Source of the DNA: Patescibacteria group bacterium
GTDB lineage: Bacteria > Patescibacteriota > Patescibacteriia > UBA2196
Reading direction: 5' to 3'
Assembly: GCA_043817345.1 (NCBI GenBank)
Contig: JBDRGZ010000008.1
Location: 1-40,942, forward strand
DNA length: 40,942 nucleotides
Shown: piece after piece, positions 1 through 8,593 of the stretch
How the letters are laid out: each line of letters starts with the position of its first letter
How positions within the stretch are numbered: the first letter of the stretch is position 1
Program-made: the position numbers and the translations under genes
The notes under the pieces: generated by a model
What the model was told of the DNA's origin: nothing
The model's input: the letters and a program-made list of their open reading frames with translations, nothing else
Database searches by the model: none

Positions 1-158
1 ATTTGACATAAATATTAACAATTATGTTAACCCGTATCCATTATATCATAATTTTTAGAAAAAAGCAATGCTTCTCTTTTCGGGTTTGGAGTATGTTCAT
101 TTATCTTGTACAAATATGTACAGAATAAAAGAACCAAAAAATAAAAATTAAAAATCTT

Positions 159-246
159 CGGAGGAGGCGAGATTCGAACTCGCGGTACCTGTTAAGATAC
201 GTCACTTTTCGAAAGTGATCCGTTCAACCGCTCCGGCACTCCTCCT
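159..246 (-). tRNA. tRNA-Ser (anticodon CGA), class II with long variable arm; no encoded CCA
   Basis: The reverse complement reads GGAGGAGTGCCGGAGCGGTTGAACGGATCACTTTCGAAAAGTGACGTATCTTAACAGGTACCGCGAGTTCGAATCTCGCCTCCTCCG. It has a 7-bp acceptor stem, anticodon loop TTCGAAA, a GTTCGAATC T-arm and a long extra arm. Confidence 0.9.
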
Positions 247-1431
247 TACAACTATCATACCAACAATTATCCAAAACAAAACACTTAGATCATTTTTAAA
301 ATATGGCACATCAACCAACCCATGGATTAATAGAGCGGTCATTGTTGACATAACAATAACCGACAATTTATCATATTTTTTAAAACCATATATATAAAAA
401 TATATGATGAGTAAGATAAAGGAGAATAAGCCCAGTAAACTAATTTCTGACCAAAAGTTTAAAAATACATTGTGTGGGTATAGATAAACCTCAATATATT
501 CTTTTTCATGAAAAGGAGCAACTGCAGTTTGATAACCAGCTAACCCAGCCCCTAAGATTGGTTTTGTCTTTAACATCTCCCAAGTTTCAGACCACATTTC
601 TAAACGTGTAGAAACAGAATCTCCACCAGTTACGGTTGGTGTACCTTTTAAATTAATTTTTCCAGTCCCGATTAATAAGCCTCCCAACAATATTACAACA
701 ATTAAGATACTAATAAAATATTTTCTATGTTTTTTGTAAAACAAAGTATAAAAAATTAATCCAAAAAGAATGGCTATTAATGCTCCTTTAGATTTTGTAA
801 AATATATTGCCAAAGTCCCTAAAACAAACGGTAACCAATATATATATTTCTTAATAGATAATCCTAAAAACAATACAGTTAATGGAGCTAGATACAAAGC
901 AAGGGCGTTAGGATAAGAAAAAAAACTAGTTACTCTACGAGTAACTTCATTTTGCCAAAAAGGGTTGTTAATAAACACACCTGTAAATTTCTGATAAATA
1001 GCGAACAGACTTAAAATAACGACTTGAACACCAAAAATTATAAAAACATTCTTCAAATCTTCTTTTTTTAAAGTAGTAACAAAAATAATTAAGAACAATA
1101 TTGGTTCAATAAAGTATGCTTTCCAAATACCAAGTACAGAACTAAAATTAGGTGAAATAAACACAGAAATAGTAGCAGATATTAAAAATAAAAAAATAGG
1201 GATTAAAAATCCTTTATTAACCTTCAACTTTTTAAAATTTTTAATTAACCAAATAAGAAATAGCATCAATATCCCACCTTCTAATAATGTGGTTGGCAAA
1301 TTAAAAACTTCAAATCTAATCAAATATGCTGGTAAAGTAAAGATTACCCAATAAATACCATATTTAAGGTTTTTAGAGGATAGAAATATAAATAAAAGAA
1401 AATATATTACAAGTAATATATACATAAACAT
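202..1431 (-). CDS. O-antigen ligase / Wzy-like polytopic membrane protein
   Basis: 409-aa ORF with about 10 or more hydrophobic helices. It carries the Wzy_C-type segment KSKGALIAILFGLIFY ... RLEMWSETWEMLKTKPILGAGLAGY. The last ~15 codons run into the tRNA-Ser gene on the same strand. Confidence 0.75.
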   Translation of the reverse strand: MFMYILLVIYFLLFIFLSSKNLKYGIYWVIFTLPAYLIRFEVFNLPTTLLEGGILMLFLIWLIKNFKKLKVNKGFLIPIFLFLISATISVFISPNFSSVLGIWKAYFIEPILFLIIFVTTLKKEDLKNVFIIFGVQVVILSLFAIYQKFTGVFINNPFWQNEVTRRVTSFFSYPNALALYLAPLTVLFLGLSIKKYIYWLPFVLGTLAIYFTKSKGALIAILFGLIFYTLFYKKHRKYFISILIVVILLGGLLIGTGKINLKGTPTVTGGDSVSTRLEMWSETWEMLKTKPILGAGLAGYQTAVAPFHEKEYIEVYLYPHNVFLNFWSEISLLGLFSFILLIIYFYIYGFKKYDKLSVIVMSTMTALLIHGLVDVPYFKNDLSVLFWIIVGMIVVRRSAGAVERITFEK

Positions 1432-1432
1432 G

Positions 1433-2845
1433 TTATTTTCTTAAAAAACTCATTATTAACTCTTTTTTCAATGCACCAAATAAATATATTAAAAAGAAAT
1501 ATATAAAACCACCTAAGATTACAGAAATCAATAAACCAAAATTACCAAAATATAAAGCCATGAACATAACTATACTTGCTAATAAACTTTTTAAACTAAT
1601 ACTAAAATTTGTTTTAAACTTAAGTGTTTTCTTAACCATAACCCAAGAAGCAATCAGGATAAATAGTTCAACAGCTGCAGTAATGGTTCCAGCTGCATAA
1701 AACGAATATTTTGGAATAAAAATAAAATACAAAATAAGGGCAAGAACAGCAGCCAAGATATAATATTTCATCATCTGCTTCTGCTTATTAATAGCCACGA
1801 CAGTAAAAGTAGATAAATGAGCCAAGAATATTATACCTGTAGCAACAATTAAAATTTGTAAAACAGGTGCAGACGCTAAAAACTCTTTTCCAGCAATTAA
1901 ATTAATAATTTGTTTAGCCATTACTAAAGTACCAAAAATCATTGGCCAAACAATTAAAGACAAACCATCAAATGCTTTCTGAAAAATACGTTTAAATTTC
2001 TCAATGTTATTTCTAGAAAACTCGCCAGATAAATGAGGAGAAACCAAACCCATAAAAATAACAGGGAAAGCAATTAAAACTTCTAATATTTTGTATGGTG
2101 CTCCATATAGCCCCACTGTTGAGGCTGGATGATACAAAGAAAGGATAATTGTGTCAGCTTTAAAATATATCATTGAAAAAATCATATACGTAGCAACTGG
2201 CCAAGATTTTCTTAAAATACTTTTCCAAATATCTTTATCAAAAGCCAAAGTAAAAGGTAATAACTTCCTTACACATATTAAACTAATTAAAATATGTGCA
2301 GAAAAACCAATTACGACTACCCACAAAGCAGCATAAAATCCTAAATCAAATAGCACAACTAATATTGCTAAGCCTAAAATTAAAATCTTTCCAACAATCT
2401 CTGCTAAAGCAGCATAGATTGTTTTCATTTCTTTTTGAAAATACGCAACCAATATTTGATCACTCATATGCATCAAAACAGAGATAGAAACAATTAAAAC
2501 ACCTAGTTTAACCAATAGAGGATATGGGAAAAGCCAAATTAAGCCGCCCGCAATTAACATTAAAACAATACCTGAAACAAAACGCATAGTGAATATATTG
2601 CTATATATCTTTTTTTGATCTACCCCATCTCTGCCAAGTTCATGGATTGTGATTAGATATAGTCCTAAATCACCAATTGTAGAGAAAAAGAATAGATATG
2701 CATAAATAGTTGTGAAATGACCATAACCCTCTGTGCCTAAATATCTAGCCAACAAACCAACAAAAATAACTCCTAATGCAGAAGCTGAAAATTTACCTAT
2801 AGTATGAATAATTGTATTAAAAGTAATTTTTTTAGTTAAACTCAT
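1433..2845 (-). CDS. Polysaccharide/oligosaccharide flippase (MOP/Wzx-type)
   Basis: 470-aa multi-helix membrane protein with typical Wzx/polysaccharide-biosynthesis-family architecture. It is adjacent to the ligase-like gene, with a 1-nt gap. Confidence 0.7.
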   Translation of the reverse strand: MSLTKKITFNTIIHTIGKFSASALGVIFVGLLARYLGTEGYGHFTTIYAYLFFFSTIGDLGLYLITIHELGRDGVDQKKIYSNIFTMRFVSGIVLMLIAGGLIWLFPYPLLVKLGVLIVSISVLMHMSDQILVAYFQKEMKTIYAALAEIVGKILILGLAILVVLFDLGFYAALWVVVIGFSAHILISLICVRKLLPFTLAFDKDIWKSILRKSWPVATYMIFSMIYFKADTIILSLYHPASTVGLYGAPYKILEVLIAFPVIFMGLVSPHLSGEFSRNNIEKFKRIFQKAFDGLSLIVWPMIFGTLVMAKQIINLIAGKEFLASAPVLQILIVATGIIFLAHLSTFTVVAINKQKQMMKYYILAAVLALILYFIFIPKYSFYAAGTITAAVELFILIASWVMVKKTLKFKTNFSISLKSLLASIVMFMALYFGNFGLLISVILGGFIYFFLIYLFGALKKELIMSFLRK

Positions 2846-2942
2846 GACATTATTCTAACATTTAAACTTTGATATTTCAATCATATGGGATATAATAAAG
2901 GTGTTCCACCGGAACACCTTTTATTTTTTAATTAAAGACATT

Positions 2943-5201
2943 ATGTATCTAGAAAAGTTAGAAATTAATGGTTTTAAATCCTTTGCTCATAAGGTTGACT
3001 TAGAGTTCAAACCAGGTATTACTGCTGTGGTTGGGCCAAATGGTGGAGGAAAATCAAATTTTAGCGACTCAATCCGTTGGGTTTTGGGCGAACAAAGTCT
3101 AAAACTTTTACGTGGAAAAAAATCTGAAGATGTAATCTTTTCTGGTTCAGATAAAAAGGCTCGCCTAGGCATGGCTGAGGTTTCTTTGCATTTCAACAAT
3201 GAAAAAGATAAATCTGGTGTAGGAATGTCTGAAATATGTATTACTAGAAAACTATACCGCAACGGAGACAGTGAATATTTAATAAACAAACAAAAAACCC
3301 GTTTATCTGATATTCATATGTTATTAGCCAAAGTTGGTGTGGCCAGGACAAGTTACTCAATTATTGGTCAAGGAATGATAGATAATTTTCTTTTAGCCTC
3401 ACCACAAGATAGAAAAGAATTTTTTGAAGAAGCTTCTGGAGTTAAGCCTTTACAAATTAAAAGGGGTCAGACTTTAAATAAGCTAGAACACACAGAAGAA
3501 AATTTAGAAACAGCTACAATCCAATTAAAAGAAATATCTCCTAGATTATATTCTTTAACCAGACAAATTAAACGCTTAGAACGTAGAGCAGAAGTTGAAT
3601 TAAAACTTAAAGACTTACAATTTAAATACTATAGTTCAATCTGGCACGAAATAAACAACAAATGGAAAGAAAAACATAACCAATTAAAAGATATATCAAA
3701 AAAACAAGAAAATATTCAAAATGAAGTTAATAAAGCACAAAAAGAATTAGCTGATTTAACCAAAGATAATGTAAAATCTGACACAACTCAAAGATTACAA
3801 AATAAATACCAAGAAGCAATGAACTCAAAAATGCAGCTTAGTTCAGAATTATCTAATTTAAAGATCAAAAACATACAAGAAACACAACATACAGTTCAAA
3901 AAAAGAATATACCTTATGAAACTAGTCAAAAGGTAATAAAAATACTAAAAGAGGTAGAAGAATTAAAAATTAAAATCATAGATGCTTTTACGGATAGAGA
4001 TTATACTAATGCTGAAAAATATTTTAATGAACAAATACAACTACTTAACCAGATTAATGAATTTTTAATTCCATATAAAAGTGAAGAAAAAATCGTTGAA
4101 CAAAAATCAAACAACAATCAAGGACAAATAGAAAAACTAGAAAAAGAAATTCAAGAACTTAATAAAACAATTGAAGAAATTCAAGAAAACATTAAAAAAG
4201 AAAATAACAAAGAGAAAGAAGAACGTTCACAAATCTGGCAAGTCCAACAAAAATACCAAACCGAGCAACAAAAGTTAAACTCAATCTCTAACGAAGCCAA
4301 CGAACTGCGCATAGAACTGGCTCGTTTGGAAACAAAAAAGGATGATTTAGAGCAAGACATAAATCAAGATTTAGAAAATCTGGAAGAAATCAAAAACGCA
4401 CAAACAAACAATTTATCAGAAGAAGAAAAACGAACAAAGGTTACAGAAATTGGAAAATTAAAACACCAATTAGAATTAATTGGTGGAATAGATCCTGAAG
4501 TTCAAACAGAATACGAACAAATTAAAGAACGTCATGAATTTCTTTCCAGTCAAATTGATGATTTACGAAGCTCAATAGATTCTTTGGAAAAATTAATCCT
4601 AGAGCTTGATGAAAGTATTAAAAAACAATTTGAAATTAGTTTTAAAGTTATCAATGAAGAATTTCAAAAACATTTCAAAACTTTATTTGCTGGCGGTAAA
4701 GCAAAGTTAATTTTAATCAAAGAGCAAGATGTAGAAAACAACAAAACCGAGACAATAAATAACGGAGAAGAAAACCTGGAAGAAATTATTGAAGAACCAA
4801 CTGAAACAGATAGAATTAAAAATAGATTAAAACATAATATGTATTCTGGTGTAGAAATTGAAGCAACACCACCTGGTAAAAAATTAAAATCTATAAACAT
4901 GCTTTCAGGTGGAGAACGTGCCATGACAAGTATTGCATTACTTTGTGCTATTATCTCATCAAAACCTTCTCCTTTCATTATTCTAGACGAAGTTGATGCA
5001 GCCTTAGATGAAGCTAATTCAATCCGTTACGCTGAAATTGTAGAAAATCTTGCACACAAATCTCAATTTGTAATCATCACTCACAACAGAGCTACGATGG
5101 AAAAAGCAGACATTCTTTACGGTGTTACTATGGGCGACGACGGGATGTCAACTGTATTATCATTAAAATTAGAAGGCGCAGAGAAATATACTAATCGGTG
5201 A
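2943..5201 (+). CDS. smc: SMC chromosome-segregation ATPase, unusually short (752 aa) and without a recognisable hinge
   Basis: The N-terminal head reads MYLEKLEINGFKSF...GPNGGGKSN...DSIRWVLGEQS. The C-terminal head has LSGGERAMTSIALLCAI and ILDEVDAALDEAN. The start is moved to ATG 2943 because the GTG at 2901 lies inside a hairpin. Confidence 0.85.
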   Translation: MYLEKLEINGFKSFAHKVDLEFKPGITAVVGPNGGGKSNFSDSIRWVLGEQSLKLLRGKKSEDVIFSGSDKKARLGMAEVSLHFNNEKDKSGVGMSEICITRKLYRNGDSEYLINKQKTRLSDIHMLLAKVGVARTSYSIIGQGMIDNFLLASPQDRKEFFEEASGVKPLQIKRGQTLNKLEHTEENLETATIQLKEISPRLYSLTRQIKRLERRAEVELKLKDLQFKYYSSIWHEINNKWKEKHNQLKDISKKQENIQNEVNKAQKELADLTKDNVKSDTTQRLQNKYQEAMNSKMQLSSELSNLKIKNIQETQHTVQKKNIPYETSQKVIKILKEVEELKIKIIDAFTDRDYTNAEKYFNEQIQLLNQINEFLIPYKSEEKIVEQKSNNNQGQIEKLEKEIQELNKTIEEIQENIKKENNKEKEERSQIWQVQQKYQTEQQKLNSISNEANELRIELARLETKKDDLEQDINQDLENLEEIKNAQTNNLSEEEKRTKVTEIGKLKHQLELIGGIDPEVQTEYEQIKERHEFLSSQIDDLRSSIDSLEKLILELDESIKKQFEISFKVINEEFQKHFKTLFAGGKAKLILIKEQDVENNKTETINNGEENLEEIIEEPTETDRIKNRLKHNMYSGVEIEATPPGKKLKSINMLSGGERAMTSIALLCAIISSKPSPFIILDEVDAALDEANSIRYAEIVENLAHKSQFVIITHNRATMEKADILYGVTMGDDGMSTVLSLKLEGAEKYTNR

Positions 5202-5210
5202 TTCGTCCTG

Positions 5211-5228
5211 CCTAAAAGTCGCTCAGGA
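5211..5228 (+). repeat. Copy 1 of exact 18-nt direct repeat CCTAAAAGTCGCTCAGGA
   Basis: Identical to 10916-10933 in the same orientation. It sits inside the GTCCTG...CAGGAC hairpin in the smc-methyltransferase spacer. Confidence 0.9.
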
Positions 5229-5246
5229 CAGGATAGAAAAAATAAA

Positions 5247-6005
5247 ATGGATATTCAACAAGCAAAACAAATCATTAATTTAACAAAAGAGTCGTATGAT
5301 AATATTGCGACCTCTTTTTCTAATTCACGCAGTACTAACTGGCCAGATGTTAAAAATTTAGTTAAGGAATATATAAAGGATGACCCCAGTGAGACAACAA
5401 AAACGTCTCACGGGGCAAGCAAAATATTAGATCTTGGTTGTGGTAACGGAAGACTACTCCAACTTTTAAAAAACAAAAATATATCATATACAGGACTTGA
5501 TAATTCAAATAAATTAATCCAAAAAGCCAAAAAAGAGTACCAAGAAAAAAATATTACATTTATAACAGATGATATATTAGACTTAAGTCAATTTAAATCT
5601 AATTCTTTTGACAAAATATTTATGGTTGCTAGCTTTAACCATATCCCCTCTAAAGAATTACAAAAGAAAGTCATAACAAACCTATATAGAATCTTAAAAA
5701 AAGATGGCATACTAATTATGACAAACTGGAATTTATGGCAAATTGGAACTAAAAAAAATATCTGGCGATATAAGTTTAAACATAATTATCAAATACCCAA
5801 TTCAAAATATAAATTAAAATTCAAAGAAATATTAACTCTTTGGCAAAACAAACACCCTTTATTCTATTATGCTTTTACTTTAAAAGAATTAAAAAAACTT
5901 TTTATAAAAACTGGTTTTAAAATTTTAAAGAATAAATATATGGCAAAAAATAAATCCGCTCATTGGTGGAGCGGATGGAATATAATTTCTATTGGAGAAA
6001 AGTAA
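5247..6005 (+). CDS. Class I SAM-dependent methyltransferase (type 11-like)
   Basis: SAM motif I is ILDLGCGNGRLL, followed by GLDNS and IFMVASFNHIP motifs. 252 aa. Confidence 0.8.
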   Translation: MDIQQAKQIINLTKESYDNIATSFSNSRSTNWPDVKNLVKEYIKDDPSETTKTSHGASKILDLGCGNGRLLQLLKNKNISYTGLDNSNKLIQKAKKEYQEKNITFITDDILDLSQFKSNSFDKIFMVASFNHIPSKELQKKVITNLYRILKKDGILIMTNWNLWQIGTKKNIWRYKFKHNYQIPNSKYKLKFKEILTLWQNKHPLFYYAFTLKELKKLFIKTGFKILKNKYMAKNKSAHWWSGWNIISIGEK

Positions 6006-6028
6006 AAATCCCGCATTAGCGGGATTTT
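6005..6028. terminator. Bidirectional intrinsic terminator between the convergent methyltransferase and trpS genes
   Basis: AAAATCCCGC-ATTA-GCGGGATTTT: a 10-bp stem flanked by A/T runs on both sides. Confidence 0.8.
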
Positions 6029-6047
6029 AAAATTATCACATTTCTTA

Positions 6048-7007
6048 TTACAACAAACCAACCAGTTTTTTAATCTCAGTCATATTCTTTTCAGCAATCT
6101 CTTTAGCTCTTTTAGCACCCTCCTCTAAAACTTTTTCTACGTATTTTCTATCTTTCAATAGTTTCTCTCTTTTTTCTTGCATTGGTTTAAGGTGAGCAAC
6201 AATAGCTTCTGTTAATGCTGGTTTTAATTCTGAATATTTTATACTTTTATCTTTAAATTCATCTCTAAATTTTTTAATCAATTTTTTATCATCAGAAAAT
6301 TCTTCTAATAAATCAATTAAATTTAAAGCTCCTTCATCAGTTGTTACAGCTGATTTTATTTTTTCTTCTATCATCTCTGGAGAATCTGACAAAGCAATAT
6401 ATGATTTTTCTCCTAAGGATTTAGACATTTTCTTGTCTGGATCAGACAAAGACATTACCCTGGCAGTTTTAGTTAGTCTAACATCTGGTTCTGGAAAATA
6501 TTTACCAAATCTATTATTAAATTTTCTAGCAACTATTCTAGTTAATTCAACATGTTGTTGTTGGTCTTGCCCTACAGGTATTATTTCTCCTTTATATAAC
6601 ATAATATCAGCAGCCATTAAAACAGGGTAATCAAATAACCCCGTATTAATATTAGCTTTTTGTCTTTCAGCTTTATCTTTAAACTGAGTCATTCTTTCTA
6701 ACTCCGCTACCGGGGTAACACAATTTAAAATCCATGTTAATTCTGTATGTTCATGTACTTTTGATTGAACAAAAATAATTGATTTTTCAGGATCAATACC
6801 AGTAGCTAAAAAATCTACAGCTGTATTTAAAACCTGTTCTTGTTTCTTTTTTGGATCATAATCTTGTGTAATTGAATGATAGTCAACCACACAAAACATT
6901 GAATCATATTCATTTTGAATATCAACCCATTGCTTTAATGCGCCTAAATAATTACCTATGTGCAATTCACCAGTTGGTTGAATTGCTGAAAATAGTCTTT
7001 TTTTCAT
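6048..7007 (-). CDS. trpS: Tryptophan--tRNA ligase
   Basis: Class I synthetase signatures: IQPTGELHIGNYLGA (HIGH region) and KMSKS. 319 aa, a typical TrpS length. Confidence 0.92.
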   Translation of the reverse strand: MKKRLFSAIQPTGELHIGNYLGALKQWVDIQNEYDSMFCVVDYHSITQDYDPKKKQEQVLNTAVDFLATGIDPEKSIIFVQSKVHEHTELTWILNCVTPVAELERMTQFKDKAERQKANINTGLFDYPVLMAADIMLYKGEIIPVGQDQQQHVELTRIVARKFNNRFGKYFPEPDVRLTKTARVMSLSDPDKKMSKSLGEKSYIALSDSPEMIEEKIKSAVTTDEGALNLIDLLEEFSDDKKLIKKFRDEFKDKSIKYSELKPALTEAIVAHLKPMQEKREKLLKDRKYVEKVLEEGAKRAKEIAEKNMTEIKKLVGLL

Positions 7008-7063
7008 ATGTTTTAAGTTTATATGAAAAAAACTTTTTTAGCAAGAAAAATTTTTTCCACAGT

Positions 7064-7091
7064 TTGTCTTTTATTTAAAATGTGCTATAAT
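7064..7091 (+). promoter_or_regulatory. Sigma70-like promoter with extended -10 (TTGTCT-N16-TGcTATAAT) for the AbiE-like pair
   Basis: The motif is read directly from the sequence. It lies inside the N-terminal extension of the tracked ORF and 34 nt upstream of ATG 7125. Confidence 0.5.
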
Positions 7092-7124
7092 ATAGATGTT
7101 AATAAGTTAATAATATCATTAAGT

Positions 7125-7808
7125 ATGTTACATCAAGATTTAGTAGAAAATTTAGCTAAAGAATTAAAAATTGCACCACTAAGTATTATTCGGGAAAATT
7201 TAGAAATGGAAGTTTTAAACGAAATCAGCAAAACAAAATTAACAAATAATTTAATCTTTTATGGTGGTACTGCTTTACGTTTAGCATATAATAGTTTTAG
7301 ATTTTCAGAAGGTCTTGATTTTTTATTAACTAAAAACTCAAAATCAGATGAAAAAGAACTTAAAATTGCATTAAATAATGTTGTAAAAAATAATCCGGGT
7401 GTAGTTTTAGAAGAAGTAATTGAAAAAAGAAATACACTTTTTGGATTATTAAAAATTAATCACACTTTACTAAAGCATCCAATTAGAATTAAAATTGAAA
7501 TATGTAAAAAGAAAAATGGTATAAAAAAAGAAAACAAACTATTAATTTCACCAACCACAAATCTGGAAGTTATTTTTCCAACTGTTGATTTAGAATCAAT
7601 TTATAAGACAAAGCTCGAGGCATTAAAAAATCGTGATTTGGCCCGTGACTGGTTTGATTTATGGTATTTAAATCAAAAATTAAATAATAAACAAAAACCA
7701 GACAAAAAATTTAATTTTAATAAACAAGAGTTTGCCAAAGAATTAAAAAGGTTTTTACCACAAAATAAATGGAATATTATTCAAACTGTGATTAAATTTT
7801 ATGAATAA
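7125..7808 (+). CDS. AbiEii/AbiGii-family nucleotidyltransferase (type IV TA toxin-like)
   Basis: FYGGTALRLAYNSFRFSEGLDFLL matches the GGTAL...RxSxDxDF NTase motif of the DUF1814/AbiEii family. The C-terminal KLEALKNRDLARDWFDLWYL motif is also present. The ORF is open from 7023, but ATG 7125 follows the promoter. Confidence 0.75.
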   Translation: MLHQDLVENLAKELKIAPLSIIRENLEMEVLNEISKTKLTNNLIFYGGTALRLAYNSFRFSEGLDFLLTKNSKSDEKELKIALNNVVKNNPGVVLEEVIEKRNTLFGLLKINHTLLKHPIRIKIEICKKKNGIKKENKLLISPTTNLEVIFPTVDLESIYKTKLEALKNRDLARDWFDLWYLNQKLNNKQKPDKKFNFNKQEFAKELKRFLPQNKWNIIQTVIKFYE

Positions 7809-8388
7809 AACATCTTATTTAAAATTCAAAAATACTTTAGAAAAAACAAATAAAACTTTTTTTTCTATTAATGATTTAAAACAATTTTATCAAAACAAGC
7901 AGGAAAGTTTACCAGTACTTTTATCTGCTTGGAAAAAAAGCAATTGGATTCAAAATTTAGGACAAGGATATTATGCTTGGAAATTATCAGCAGTTGATTA
8001 TTTACAATTAGCTAATATTTTGGATAATACTTCTTATATAAGTTTTGAATACGCACTTTACTATTATAATTTAATAGTTCAAGTGCCATCTGTTATTACT
8101 TTAGCTACAAAGAAAAGAAGTCGCACAATAAAAATGAATAATCAAATATTTGAATATACTCATTTGAAAAATGATTTGTTTTTTAACATTGAATTAAAAA
8201 ATAAAATTTATATTGCTACACCAGAGAAAGCTTTAGCTGATTTAATTTATCTTATTTCTCGTGGAAAAAGATCAGTCGATCTAACTACTTTAGATAAAAA
8301 TAAAATAGATAAAAATAAATTATTAAAAATCTTAAAACAATTTCCTGATTATACTTGGAAAAAAGCTAAAAATTTAGGATTAATTTGA
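7801..8388 (+). CDS. AbiEi-family antitoxin / wHTH regulator-like protein
   Basis: It has an N-terminal wHTH-like region (FSINDLKQFY...LLSAWKKSNWIQNLGQGYY). The AbiEi core reads SYISFEYALYYYNLIVQVPSVITLATKKRS...IATPEKALADLIYL. It overlaps the upstream gene by 8 nt. Confidence 0.75.
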   Translation: MNKTSYLKFKNTLEKTNKTFFSINDLKQFYQNKQESLPVLLSAWKKSNWIQNLGQGYYAWKLSAVDYLQLANILDNTSYISFEYALYYYNLIVQVPSVITLATKKRSRTIKMNNQIFEYTHLKNDLFFNIELKNKIYIATPEKALADLIYLISRGKRSVDLTTLDKNKIDKNKLLKILKQFPDYTWKKAKNLGLI

Positions 8389-8593
8389 TTATAAAAACTA
8401 ATTATTTTATTTGTTTTTAACTATTCTAAATATATTCTTTTATACCCAAATAACAACACTTTTGAGTATAGTTTTAAATTAAAATTTATTTTTAGACCTT
8501 AGAATAAACCGATTACAAACAAGCCCTAGAACGACTTCTAATTGTTTTTGCTACTTTTTTAATAGCTAGTTTTGTTTTTTTCATGTATTTAAA

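Noticed and set aside
108-123. TGTACA-AATA-TGTACA repeat near the window start
   Set aside because: It is a short, self-palindromic hexamer pair downstream of tRNA-Ser with no flanking gene context visible in the window. That is insufficient to call it a site.
2901-2942. GTG-initiated extension of smc (MFHRNTFYFLIKDI)
   Set aside because: It is encoded by the intergenic hairpin and T run. Canonical Smc N-termini begin at M-x-L-K-x-L-x-x-x-G-F-K-S-F, which matches ATG 2943.
7023-7124. N-terminal 34 codons of the tracked AbiEii ORF
   Set aside because: This stretch contains the TGcTATAAT promoter and starts only 16 nt from the divergent trpS start. Homology-like sequence begins at MLHQDLVENL (ATG 7125).
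7008-7124. Possible T-box leader for trpS
   Set aside because: The upstream region is under 120 nt and AT-rich. I can find no specifier or terminator-antiterminator helices and no T-box sequence.
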